This document shows, in pieces, positions 52,555 through 64,000 of a stretch of 64,000 nt of DNA. The stretch's first letter is position 1. Each line of letters starts with the position of its first letter. A model generated the notes under the pieces. That model ran no database searches and had not been told where the DNA came from. It saw nothing but the letters and a program-made list of their open reading frames with translations. Source of the stretch: Octopus sinensis (lineage: Eukaryota); NCBI RefSeq assembly GCF_006345805.1, contig NC_043007.1:11842001-11906000 (forward strand). The letters run 5' to 3'. The position numbers were made by a program, and so were the translations under genes.

Positions 52555-54933
52555 GCCCCTCATATATATACATATATGTGTGTGTGTGTGTCTGTTTGTG
52601 TGTCTGTGTTTATCCCCTCCAACATTGCTTGACAACTGATGCTGGTGTGTTTACGTCCCCGTCACTTAGTGGTTCAGCAAAAGAGACCGATAGACTAAGT
52701 ACTAGGCTTACAAAGAATAAGTCCTGGGGTCGATTTGTTCGACTAAAGGTGGTGCTCCAGCATGGCCACAGTCAAATGACTGAAACAAGTAAAAGAGTAA
52801 AGAGAGTAAGAGTAGTCCATCAAGTATCAATTTTGGAAAGTCTTTTGCAGACCGCGTAGTACAGGATTCCCTTGTAGACTGTTCTAAATTCATGTGGATC
52901 CCTTCCCAAAATCTTCAGTTTTGTGCACATGTGTGTGTGTGTGTGTGTGTGTGTAGTGAGAAGAAATTAGGTGTTTTCCTAAATCCACTTTTGTCGTGTG
53001 AGTTGGTATAACTGCATGAAACCCCGTTTTACTTAGGATGTTCTTGCTTTGATGCATCTGTTCAGGTCTGCACGAAAGCAAGATGAAACAAAGAAGGAAG
53101 GAAGGAGTGATTCATCAGCTTCAAACTGACACCCCCCCACACACACACACACAAAACCCCCTTTTTTTGTTATCAAATTATCAACCTTGTATATTTAACC
53201 TTATCAATTATTTGATTTATTTATCTCAGGCTTATATTTTTATTGATTTTAAATAACTGGTTTTCTACTACATGCTTATCATGTTTCTTTATCAGTTTCT
53301 GAATGAACTGTTTTGCTTGGCCCACTTTTTGATTTACAGCACTTTTGATATACATACTCACACACACAGACACACACACAAATATTTGGATTTATGTATA
53401 TAATCAGGTAAATGCTAGTGTTTACAAAGAAGATATAAATTTATGCCCAAATACAAGAGGCAATGCTGATGTATAGTTCACAACTCCTTGTTCCATGTTT
53501 CTGAACCTGAGGTTACTTTACAGAAAGGGACTGATTTTAAGAAATTTTCGAAAGATAAAAGGAAATTGTTGAAAATACCATTCGACTAAAATGCATAATT
53601 GGCTGTGTGGTAAGTTTCTTGCTTACCAACCACATGGTTCTGAGTTCAGTCCCACTGCATAGCACCTTGAGCAAGTGTCTTCTACTATAGCCTCGGGCCA
53701 ACCAAAGCCTTGTGAGTGGATTTGGTAGACGGAACTGAAAGAAGCCCCTCATATATATACATATATGTGTGTGTGTGTGTCTGTTTGTGTGTCTGTGTTT
53801 ATCCCCTCCAACATTGCTTGACAACTGATGCTGGTGTGTTTACGTCCCCGTCACTTAGTGGTTCAGCAAAAGAGACCGATAGACTAAGTACTAGGCTTAC
53901 AAAGAATAAGTCCTGGGGTCGATTTGTTCGACTAAAGGTGGTGCTCCAGCATGGCCACAGTCAAATGACTGAAACAAGTAAAAGAGTAAAGAGAGTAAGA
54001 GTAGTCCATCAAGTATCAATTTTGGAAAGTCTTTTGCAGACCGCGTAGTACAGGATTCCCTTGTAGACTGTTCTAAATTCATGTGGATCCCTTCCTAAAA
54101 TCTTCAGTTTTGTGCACATGTGTGTGTGTGTGTGTGTGTAGTGAGAAGAAATTAGGTGTTTTCCTAAATCCACTTTTGTCGTGTGAGTTGGTATAACTGC
54201 ATGAAACCCCGTTTTACTTAGGATGTTCTTGCTTTGATGCATCTGTTCAGGTCTGCACGAAAGCAAGATGAAACAAAGAAGGAAGGAAGGAGTGATTCAT
54301 CAGCTTCAAACTGACACCCCCCCACACACACACACACACAAAACCCCCTTTTTTTGTTATCAAATTATCAACCTTGTATATTTAACCTTATCAATTATTT
54401 GATTTATTTATCTCAGGCTTATATTTTTATTGATTTTAAATAACTGGTTTTCTACTACATGCTTATCATGTTTCTTTATCAGTTTCTGAATGAACTGTTT
54501 TGCTTGGCCCACTTTTTGATTTACAGCACTTTTGATATACATACTCACACACACAGACACACACACAAATATTTGGATTATGTATATAATCAGGTAAATG
54601 CTAGTGTTTACAAAGAAGATATAAATTTATGCCCAAATACAAGAGGCAATGCTGATGTATAGTTCACAACTCCTTGTTCCATGTTTCTGAACCTGAGGTT
54701 ACTTTACAGAAAGGGACTGATTTTAAGAAATTTTCGAAAGATAAAAGGAAATTGTTGAAAATACCATTCGACTAAAATGCATAATTGGCTGTGTGGTAAG
54801 TTTCTTGCTTACCAACCACATGGTTCTGAGTTCAGTCCCACTGCATAGCACCTTGAGCAAGTGTCTTCTACTATAGCCTCGGGCCAACCAAAGCCTTGTG
54901 AGTGGATTTGGTAGACGGAAACTGAAAGAAGCC
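52555..54933 (+). repeat. near-identical ~1.19-kb tandem duplication bounded by family A SINEs
   Basis: Identical ORFs at 52708-52893 and 53897-54082 (offset 1189); only a few SNP or microsatellite differences seen. Confidence 0.95.
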
Positions 54934-55509
54934 CATCGTATATATGTGTGTATATATATATATATGTATGTGTGTGTATATGTTTGTGTGTCTGTTTGTC
55001 TCCCCAACGTCGCTTGACAATTGATGCTGGTGTGTTTACGTCCCCGTAACTTAGCAGTTCGGCAAAAGAGACCGATAGAATAAGTACTAGGCTTACAAAG
55101 AATAAGTCCCTGGGTCGATTTGCTCGACTAAAGGCGGTGCTCCAGCATGGCCGCAGTCAAATTACTGAAACAAGTAAAAGAGTAAAGAGTAAGAGTAAGG
55201 AAAAATGAGGACAAGAATAAATGGTAAAATATATGGTAAAATAACAAGCAGAATCATTATCTTCATCGTCACCATCATCATTTAATGTCCAGTTTTTCTG
55301 TGCTTGCATAGGTCAGATGGAATTTGTTGGCATATGTTTTTCTATGACCAGATGCTCTTCCTGTCACTAACACTCACCAGTTCCAAAGCAAGATAATATT
55401 TACCCATGCCTAGACATTTTTTTTTCACAGAAAATTGGAAAAGACATGCAATCTTACTTGTATGATAATGTTCATTCACAACCATTATGTGATGTATGGA
55501 CAAAGGTAC

Positions 55510-55545
<36 letters not shown>

Positions 55546-55708
55546 CATGCATGCATACATACATACATTGTTTAGAGGAATTCTTTGGGGTTTGGATAAT
55601 TCACCTCTGGAAACAAGAAACAAGGATATATTTATCTGTCATGTATGTGTGTGTTTTTGTGTGACTATGATGAAATAAGAATTCTTATTACAACTTTGCA
55701 TTTTCCAG

Positions 55709-55880
55709 GTTGGTTGTCTTGCAGAATTGAACAGAGTGCTGAAGTTGGCCAATTTCAAAGACCATGAGCAACTACAAGTAGAATTCTGTTCCAACAACTT
55801 TTTTGAAATGAAAAACCTGGTTCATGATTATATGTCTGGAACTATTCTTCCTATGTACCAGGATCTTTTCATGGAACAAC
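55709..55880 (+). CDS. C16orf89: UPF0764/C16orf89-like protein, internal exon (phase 0-1)
   Basis: ttttccAG acceptor and GTaagt donor; VGCLAELNRVL...VEFCSNNFFEM...MYQDLFMEQ fits the family motifs GC, FC.N and D(I/L)FME. Confidence 0.9.
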
Positions 55881-58800
55881 GTAAGTATTTTGATTTCATT
55901 TATCTTAGGATAAAATAACAATAGTTAAGAAAGGAAGCATCTTACAATACATAAAGCAAAAAAGCTAAATAACCTTTAGATATTTCAGGCATAAAGGCTT
56001 TTCATCAGAAGCAAACATTCACACAACAATCAACATGAGACTAACATTTCTTGACTATTTATTACTGATGATGGGCTTTTGTGCCTAAAATATTAAGTTT
56101 ATTAAACATTTTCCTTTACACATTGTTGGAAGATCTCTATCTTCAATATTTTGTCATTTAATTTTTTTATCACAATGCTTCAAGCAAGCTGCAATGCTCT
56201 TCTTATATATTAGGGTAGTGTCATTTCTAGATTTATTAAATAAAGTACATCTATACAATGGGCTTCTTTCAGCTTCTTATTTCTTCATTGCCCACAAGGG
56301 GCTAAATGTAGAGGGGACAAACAAGGACAGACAAAGAGATTAAGTCGATTTCATCGATCCCAGTGCATAACTGGTACTTAATTTATCGACCCCGAAAGGA
56401 TGAAAGGCAAAGTCAGCCTCAGCGGAATTTGAACTCAGAACGTAATGGCAGACAAAATACCGTTTCTGCTAGATAGAAGCCTTTCAGCTTCTATCCACCA
56501 AATCTATCTGCAAGGATTGTGTGTACCATTGTCTAGATATCATGTGATGTTTGTAAACGAGCATCATTTCCATACAAACAAGGTTTTTTTGTTTCCATTA
56601 TTCCATAGAAAACATGTCTGGCTATGGGAAAATATTACCTTACTTGGAAACAGGTGAAGGTTTATGACAGGAAGAGCGTCCAATTATAGAAAAATCTGCC
56701 TCAATATATTCTATCTGATTCCTGCAAGCACAGGAAACTGGATGTTAAATCAGATAAGGAGGAGGATGGTGTAAAGTTAATACTTTGTATAGCCCAGCAA
56801 GAGTGCTTGTAAAACAATACAACATCATGTGACGTGATATAATAGAGTGTGATATACTGTACATCAATGTGGGATGGCGGGGTTATAGTAATGTGTAACA
56901 GGTAGCAAGGAAGTTTGGGATACCATGCAATACAGGAGAGTGTGACAAGGGATACTGAAGCTTGTAACACCTGGCAAGGAAGTACGCAGAATGCAATAGA
57001 ATGAATTACATGAATGTGGAATGGGACACATCATGGTATGATACATCTTACCTCTAAAGGAACCTCTCTGTCAACTTCATAGAAATAACAGTTTCTCTCC
57101 CTCTCTCTCTCTTGCTCACTCTTTTTCTCTCTCTCTTCTTTTCTTTGATAAAAGAAAACTTGGTGCATAATGAGGTCCTAGACATACCACAGCTGGAAAA
57201 AAAATGGGTTGGCCATATTTGGAATGCCTTTGATGATAGATCTACTCAATCATGTGTGACCTGGGGTTAAACAACAAGAACACTGATTGACTCCTTCGCT
57301 TTTCAGGCCAACACAGAACACAATGAATCAAATTATTTGTTGCAGCATATTATGATTGTTGCGTGCCCTGCCTATATTCTCAGCTGGGTTCACTGAGTCC
57401 ATTAATGCTCTTTATTTCAAGACACACTGTAATACCTGGTGATTTCTTCTCTTCTTCATTCATCCCCCTTAACCATTTTTCCCCTCTTTCTACAGAACGT
57501 AAAGAAAGGTTAAAATTTTCTATCCACTTTAGATTTGTGTATAAACAAATATTTATTTATAGCAGAAAGTCGTTTACTTTTGATAATCCTATCCCTTACA
57601 GTCGATAATCCTGTTTCCCGAGCCATAATGAACATTTACCGCATGACATTCTCGAACTGTCTTCGTAGGTGCCATTTTGTGTTCCGTGGTATTCTAAGAG
57701 ATCTTGATCTTTTCTTCTTAAATATTCTCTCTTTCAAAATTGGTTTGACATTAAAATATATTGATGTTTGTCGCTTTTTATTTTTCTTGTTGACTTTGAT
57801 GTTAGGTTGTGGAACCAGTGACCACAAATTCAAACTCCTCCTGCAGCTGCTCAAGTGTACCTGCATGCAGTACAAGACAGCATTACTTAACTTGTCCTTG
57901 TATTCTTGGTTGAAAATGTTATTCACATTTCTTTCAGAATTCACTAGATTATCTTTGGTCGAGGTATCCAGGTGTAAAAATACCTGATCCACTACTTATT
58001 CATTTGTGAATATTGTAATTTAAAGAATTTTCTCACTAATTCTTTAGCTTGCAAATGGATGTTAAAATTTTGCAGAGCATAACATATGTTAAAGAGCCAA
58101 AAAAAAAGATCTGATTTGTTAGTTTTGATAAATTTTCATCTTTATAGCATTTTGCTTTCCTTTTATAAGAAGTCTGACAGTTCACTTAACTGCTACAATT
58201 CTTCCTTTTACACTGGAAAATACATAATGAAAGAAAGATAATCATTTACTAAAAATGATTTTCTCTTTAGGCAGAATGCCATTTCTATATAATTCATTAA
58301 TTCATTTAACCACAGTATACAACTGGTACTTATTTTATTTAATCTTGCTCAGAAATGTATTGAGGTAAAAATCAATAACAGCAAGATCTGAACTCATTAT
58401 TGAATAACACGAAAGCAGAAGTAGATACAGTAAAACGTTTTGGTGTTGCACTCTGTTTCTACATGAACCCCCACTCATCTTCTCCCTGGGTCTTGTAAAT
58501 ATATTGGCGACAGGAAGACTGACAGTGCTTCATTTATATAGGAACTAAGCAAATTCTTCACCAACTCCACCGCCTTAATTATTTGTTGTAATAAAAATTA
58601 TACAATGGATGGAATGAATAACTAATGAATAATACATATTCCCCCATCTCGGGGTATATTTACTTCCTGTTGTCTCCTTGCACACGTGCGTGCATGCACA
58701 CACACACACATCTGATTTTACAGCAGCCAAATAGATTGATTGTTAGGTCAACAAAGTCAATGTATTGTTAATGCTAGATCTTCTAATTTCTTTCCTTACT

Positions 58801-58929
58801 GTTGGGAATCCATTAAGAAAACGGCAGAACTCTTGTACTGGAAGTGCTGAGACTAAAATACATTCGGAAAGACATTTATGTTAGTTCATCTCTGTAGAAA
58901 GTAAATGTCGGCAACGGCGGCGACAGCTT

Positions 58930-59192
58930 CTTCTTTTTCTTTCTTTTTTTTCTTCTTCTTCTTCTTCTTCTTCTTCTTCTTCTTCTTCTTCTTCTTCTTC
59001 TTCTTCTTCTTCTTCTCCTTCTTCTTCTTCACCTTCTCCTTCACCTCTCCTTCTTCTTCACCTTCTCCTTCTTCTTCTTCTTTTCTTCTTCTCCTTCTTC
59101 TTCTTCTTCTTCTTCTTCTTCTTCTCCTCCTTCATCTTCTTCTTCTTCTTCACCGTCTCCTTCTTCTTCTTCACCTTCTCCTTCTCCTTCTT
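58930..59192. repeat. (CTT)n microsatellite
   Basis: Direct inspection. Confidence 0.9.
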
Positions 59193-59504
59193 CACAGATG
59201 GCCACATGGTTCGGAAGCAAGCTTCTCAACCACTCAGCCACATCTGGTTGAAAATGTTTAGTGCTTATTTTATTTGTCCAACAAACCTTTGTCCCATTCT
59301 TCAAACATCCCTTAAAGCTTAATATGAAAGGTGACAGAAACCCCTGTTCTTGGGTCATTTGTCTAAGATGGCAATAGTAATAACGTTAAGGGTATGAGCC
59401 AATGAATTGCATTGACTGAAGTAAGGGAAACCGGGTATCTTAAACCAAAGAGTATTAAGGATTTCAATATGCATCAGACTATCCTTTATTATTATCATTA
59501 TTAT

Positions 59505-60060
59505 TGAATGGGAGAGCAGCACATGCCATCAAAGTGACACTGGGGTAAAATATACGAAGCCCAGTATACCCATCATGACTACCCATCTGATAAGGGTACA
59601 CCAGGCACATGCATCACAACCATGTGTGCGCGACATGGTGATCTCATATCAAGATAAACAGCACATGACCTTGCAGGTGGGGCCCAGTTAGAATTTTCTT
59701 CTGGTCGAGTAGCCCATCCCACTCAAACGGTCTTTGAAAAAGGGTTGTTTAAGGATGTTGAATGAAACACTCATGTTTCCATAGGTGAATTATTCAGAAC
59801 CCAAAGAATCTCTCTCAACACATGGCTATGATGCTCCCCCACTACTTCTGTTCATGATCAGAGATGCACATATTGTCAGCCACTAAGGGACATGCTCAAC
59901 TGGTTAAAGTCAAACAACTAACAGGCAAATCTGGTGTTGAAGAGAATATTTGCTGTAGCCCATCTTTTATACCAAGACAAAACAATGTACATGATAACAC
60001 TTCCAATCAGTTAAGATCAGCAGCCATGAGAGTCACAGCCTGGTACTGCATCAGGGCATT
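59505..60060. mobile_element. second copy of the ~560-bp (TTA)n-embedded repeat
   Basis: Colinear with 30117-30676. Confidence 0.75.
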
Positions 60061-60950
60061 TATTGTTATTATTATCATTATCATCATGATTATTATTATT
60101 ATTATTATTTTGCCTCAACAGGTCTTCGCAAGCAGAGTTTAGTGTCCAGTGAAGGAAAGGTGTGCATAACCAGCCCACTTATGTGTACATTTCCTTCATT
60201 GGACACTAAACTCTGCTTGCGAAGACCTGTTGAGGCAAGTGAAATCGAAATCAAAATCAAATTTGATGACTGGCATCCGTGCTGGTGGAGCGCTAAGAAC
60301 ACCATCCAAGTGTGATCGTTACCAACGTCGCCTAACTAGCGCTTGTGCCGGTAGCACGGGAAGGAACATTCGAGCAAGATCGTTGCCAGTGCCACTGGAC
60401 TGGCTCCTATGCAGGTGATATGTAAAAAACACTTGAGCGTGGCCATTGCCAGTACCGCCTGACTGGCCCTCGTGCCGGTGGCATGTAAAAGCATCCACTA
60501 CACTCTCAGAGTGGTTGGCGTTACGAACGGCATCCAGCTGTAGAAACTCTACCAGATCAGATTGGAGCCTGGTGCAGCCATCTGGTTCACCAGTCCTCAG
60601 TCAAATCGTCCAACCCATGCTAGCATGGAAAGCGGATGTTAAACGATGATGATGATGATGATGATGACGATGATGAATACTTTTGAAGTTAATATTTCTC
60701 TTTAAAAATATTTATTTTTTATTTATGTGCAGAAAAATGTACCTACTCAGTTGTTACATCACGATATGCTTGTTTTAACAGCTGTGCTTTCTGCAGTCTC
60801 TTCTTCAAACTCATTATGTTTTGAGTTCAAATCCACTGAGGGGTCGATAATATCAACTATTTTCCCTTCTACTAAAATTGCTAGCCTTGTACCAAAATTT
60901 GAAATATTACTACTATTAGCATTATTATTATTATTATCATCATCATCATC

Positions 60951-60982
<32 letters not shown>

Positions 60983-60995
60983 CATCATTATTATT

Positions 60996-61035
<40 letters not shown>

Positions 61036-61602
61036 GGGTAAGAAAAACAAAATTATAACAAAGACTAACACTGGAATTTTAAATTCCCAGGGGAAAATAT
61101 TATAATTCACTTACATTGTTAATGATCTTAACAAAAGTATGAATGTCACAACTTCCTTGTTGCCATTCTTAAAGAACCATTGTTGTCAGCATCAGATTCT
61201 CAGCCATTGTTAATATCAGCATGATAATTATTTCTATGCAATATTTGTATATGTCACAGAAATGTGATAAATGTAAATTAACACTTTACAGTAATGTAAA
61301 GTTCCATTAACATCACTTCAAATTGTGCATTCTGCTGCACCGAATGCATTTGTATCAAATGATTCTCTTTATGACTGCTTTACAGCAATATGCAACATTT
61401 ATTGCATGCAGCCAGTAAAGTTTTGTTTTGTTTGTTTTTTGTTTGGGATTTTCTGTTTGTTGTTTTTTGCTTGTCATTTGTCAAGAAATATATTTATATA
61501 TTTTGAAAAATATATTTTAAAAAATCATTTGTTTTTAATAATTTAAACTGATAATTGTTTCTTTAATGTTTTTTTTTTTTTTTTTCTTTTGCTTTTTTAC
61601 AG

Positions 61603-62193
61603 AATTTGTCTGCCCAAGTATTGGATTTTATGAATTTTTACACTTGAATTATCTGCAGCAGATTCTATCTTGGCAAAAAGAAAGTGGTTGTTTTGGTATA
61701 ATGCCTCCAGTGAAACCTAAAAACCTTAAGGAGAATTTCTTTATCAATAAAAAGTTTGAGGAGTATTATTATGATCAGAATGATGCAAGTATAAAAGATA
61801 AGACAGAAATGAAAGAGCCAAAACCTCTGAATTTTCCAGAACACAAGGCTGCTTCCATTCGTTTTGTAAATAGATTAACAGCTCCTACAGGAATACTAAA
61901 CAATGTGAAAACTATATCAAACAAACCCCAAAATTTATTAATACAACCAATGCCAGCTAAACTTGTACAGAAAATCTCAAATAATAAACTTTCTGACATT
62001 GGTGCAGAACCGTTGAAGCCCATTTTAATGAATGCATCCCGTAAATCAGACAAAAATGTTGCTATTGTGAATTTACAAAACTCAAATAAAGTAAAAAATC
62101 AGAGTGAAATTCATTTACAGCTTGTGCAACCTAAGGATCAGAGGATTAAACCACAAGCGCAACGTAGACTTCTGGTGGAGAAAGAGCTAAGTG
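61603..62193 (+). CDS. C16orf89: UPF0764/C16orf89-like protein, internal exon (phase 1-1) with long insertion
   Basis: Poly-T tract plus acAG acceptor and GTaagt donor; (Q)FVCPSIGFYEFLHLNYLQQILSWQKESGCFG matches the family ILSWQ...GCFG motif; ends RRLLVEKELS. Confidence 0.9.
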
Positions 62194-62352
62194 GTAAGTT
62201 ATCATTGTTGTTGAGTTTCCTTTAAGATAACTGTGTACTAATTCCACTCCAATATATTTTACATCTCTGTATGTTCTTTCACAAGAAACTGCATCTCAGA
62301 TCCATGTTCTAACACTTCTATATTTCACTGTTCCTATATTAACTGTTTCTTA

Positions 62353-62856
62353 CCGTAATTCCTCGAGTATAATCCGCACTTTCTTCCCAAAAATGTAAAG
62401 GTCAAAATCCCTAGTGCATACTATATACGAGGTTAAAAATGAAAAATATTTTCTAAGCAATGTCCGAGTTTATATTTGCTGTCTGGTAATGTTTATTCAG
62501 ATGCATTTTGTGATGTCGGGCGCAAAAATACATTAAGCTAAGCCTGAAAGCAATGAAGTCTTAAAAGAATCATCCATAACTTGCAGTAAAAGTATTCAGA
62601 ACACAGAATAACATGTAATAAAAACAATTTGCAAACATATTTACATTCCCATATAACGGTTAAGAACATCACCATTATTGTATTACACATACACGGAAGT
62701 GTTTGTTAGACTAGGTGCAGCTGACTTAATTATGCACGACTCAAGTTAGAGAAGGGGTGCGTATTATACACAAGGTTTAGATTTTTCAGAGGTACAGCCC
62801 CCTCAAAATCCCCAGCGTATTATACTCAAGGGCAAACTATACTCGAGGATCTACGG
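62353..62856. mobile_element. pogo/Tc2-type MITE
   Basis: TA-CCGTAATTCCTCGAGTATA ... TATACTCGAGGATCTACGG-TA; 19-bp TIR with 2 mismatches, TA TSD, subterminal tatacNcRag repeats. Confidence 0.75.
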
Positions 62857-63382
62857 TATTCATTATCTCTATCTTAGATATCATGATTGTATCTGTGTTT
62901 GTTGTGAAGGCATGAGGCTTAAGAGTTAGGGTATTCAGCTCATGAAGTGAGTTTGATTCTTGGCTCTGCATTGTATCCTTGAGCAAGACACTCTGTTTCA
63001 TGCTGATCCAGTTCACTCATCTGGCAAAGACGAATAGTGCTTGTATTTCAAATGGCCAGTCTTTGTCACATTCTTTGTCACGCTGAATCTCCCTGTGAAC
63101 TACATTAAGGGTTCATGCATCTGTGGAGTGCTCAGCCACTTGCATGTTAATTTCATAAGAGAGCTGTTCCATTGATCAGATCAACTGGAACCCCTGTCAT
63201 CATAACCAATTGAGCCCTAGTTTGCTTGTTTTTTTATGTGGTTGTATGTCTCGGTAACTGTATTGTGTATGGTTGTATGTCTCAATGGCAGGACTGAATG
63301 TATAAGTTTATGTCTTAGTAATAGAATGAATTGTTGTGTAACTAACAGTATGTTTCACTAAAATGGACTGAGTGAGGATGTA

Positions 63383-63934
63383 CGAGGGTGAGTCAAAAAG
63401 TAATGCCATTTTGTTTAGGACAGGTATAATTACCAACACAGGAACATGTATCATACACCAAAAGGAAGCTGGTCCTCTGTGGATCACATCCATACTTCTC
63501 AGCATAGTCACCGTTTCTCTCAATAGCAATGTTCCACCTTCGAATGAAAGCATGTATCCCTGCCCCGTAAAATTCTGTAGTCTGTTCTTTGAGCCACTTC
63601 TTCACTGCAGTTTACACTTCCTCGTAACTAGACTTTCATCTCTTCGGCGCCATGAAAGAAGGTTTGAGAGGCAAACATTATGACGAAGAAGTGACGAGAA
63701 GTGAAACTGTAGTGAAGAAGTGGCTCAAAGAACAGTCAACAGAATTTTGCAGGGCAGGGATACATGCTCTCATTCGAAGGTAGAACATTGCTATTGAGAG
63801 AAAAGGTGACTATGTTGAGAAGTATGGATGTGATCCACAGAGGACCAGCTTCCTTTTGATGTATGATACATGTTCCTGTGTTGGTAATTATACCTGTCCT
63901 AAACAAAATGGTATTACTTTTTGACTCACCCTCG
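63383..63934. mobile_element. fold-back mariner-derived element (two inverted 3' ends)
   Basis: TA-CGAGGGTGAGTCAAAAAGTAAT ... ATTACTTTTTGACTCACCCTCG-TA; ~245-bp inverted arms; plus strand from 63631 encodes DFHLFGAMKEGLRGKHY..VKKWLKEQSTEF..GIHALIRR, the mariner transposase C-terminus. Confidence 0.85.
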
Positions 63935-64000
63935 TACGTCTCAGTAAATGGACTGAGTTAGGATCTATGCCTCACTAAATAGACTGAGTGTAACTTTATG

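Overview
Eukaryotic, AT-rich and repeat-dominated DNA. The SINE, LINE and microsatellite content looks like an octopus (coleoid cephalopod) genome; this is an inference. One protein-coding gene is supported. Four plus-strand internal exons (21577-21840, 34093-34265, 55709-55880, 61603-62193) have canonical AG/GT sites and matching phases, and splice into 1200 nt of open frame. The product resembles the secreted UPF0764/C16orf89 (DUF4735) family. No first or last exon was found, so they probably lie outside the window. The rest is intron filled with tRNA-derived SINEs (some inserted as multimers), LINE fragments (CR1-like, RTE, R4/Dong-type), piggyBac-, pogo- and mariner-type MITEs, and micro/minisatellites. 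Nearly all short ORFs in the track are repeat artefacts. The most interesting signal is a set of short, microsatellite-embedded elements with minimal type I hammerhead ribozyme motifs (Penelope-like/retrozyme type). One family has a non-canonical CUGUNGA core, and several copies sit next to an inverted copy of themselves that would sequester the ribozyme in the host pre-mRNA. Other notable structures are a twin-primed RTE insertion nested in a MITE, a 1.19-kb duplication with a chimeric SINE at its junction, and a fold-back mariner element built from two 3' ends.
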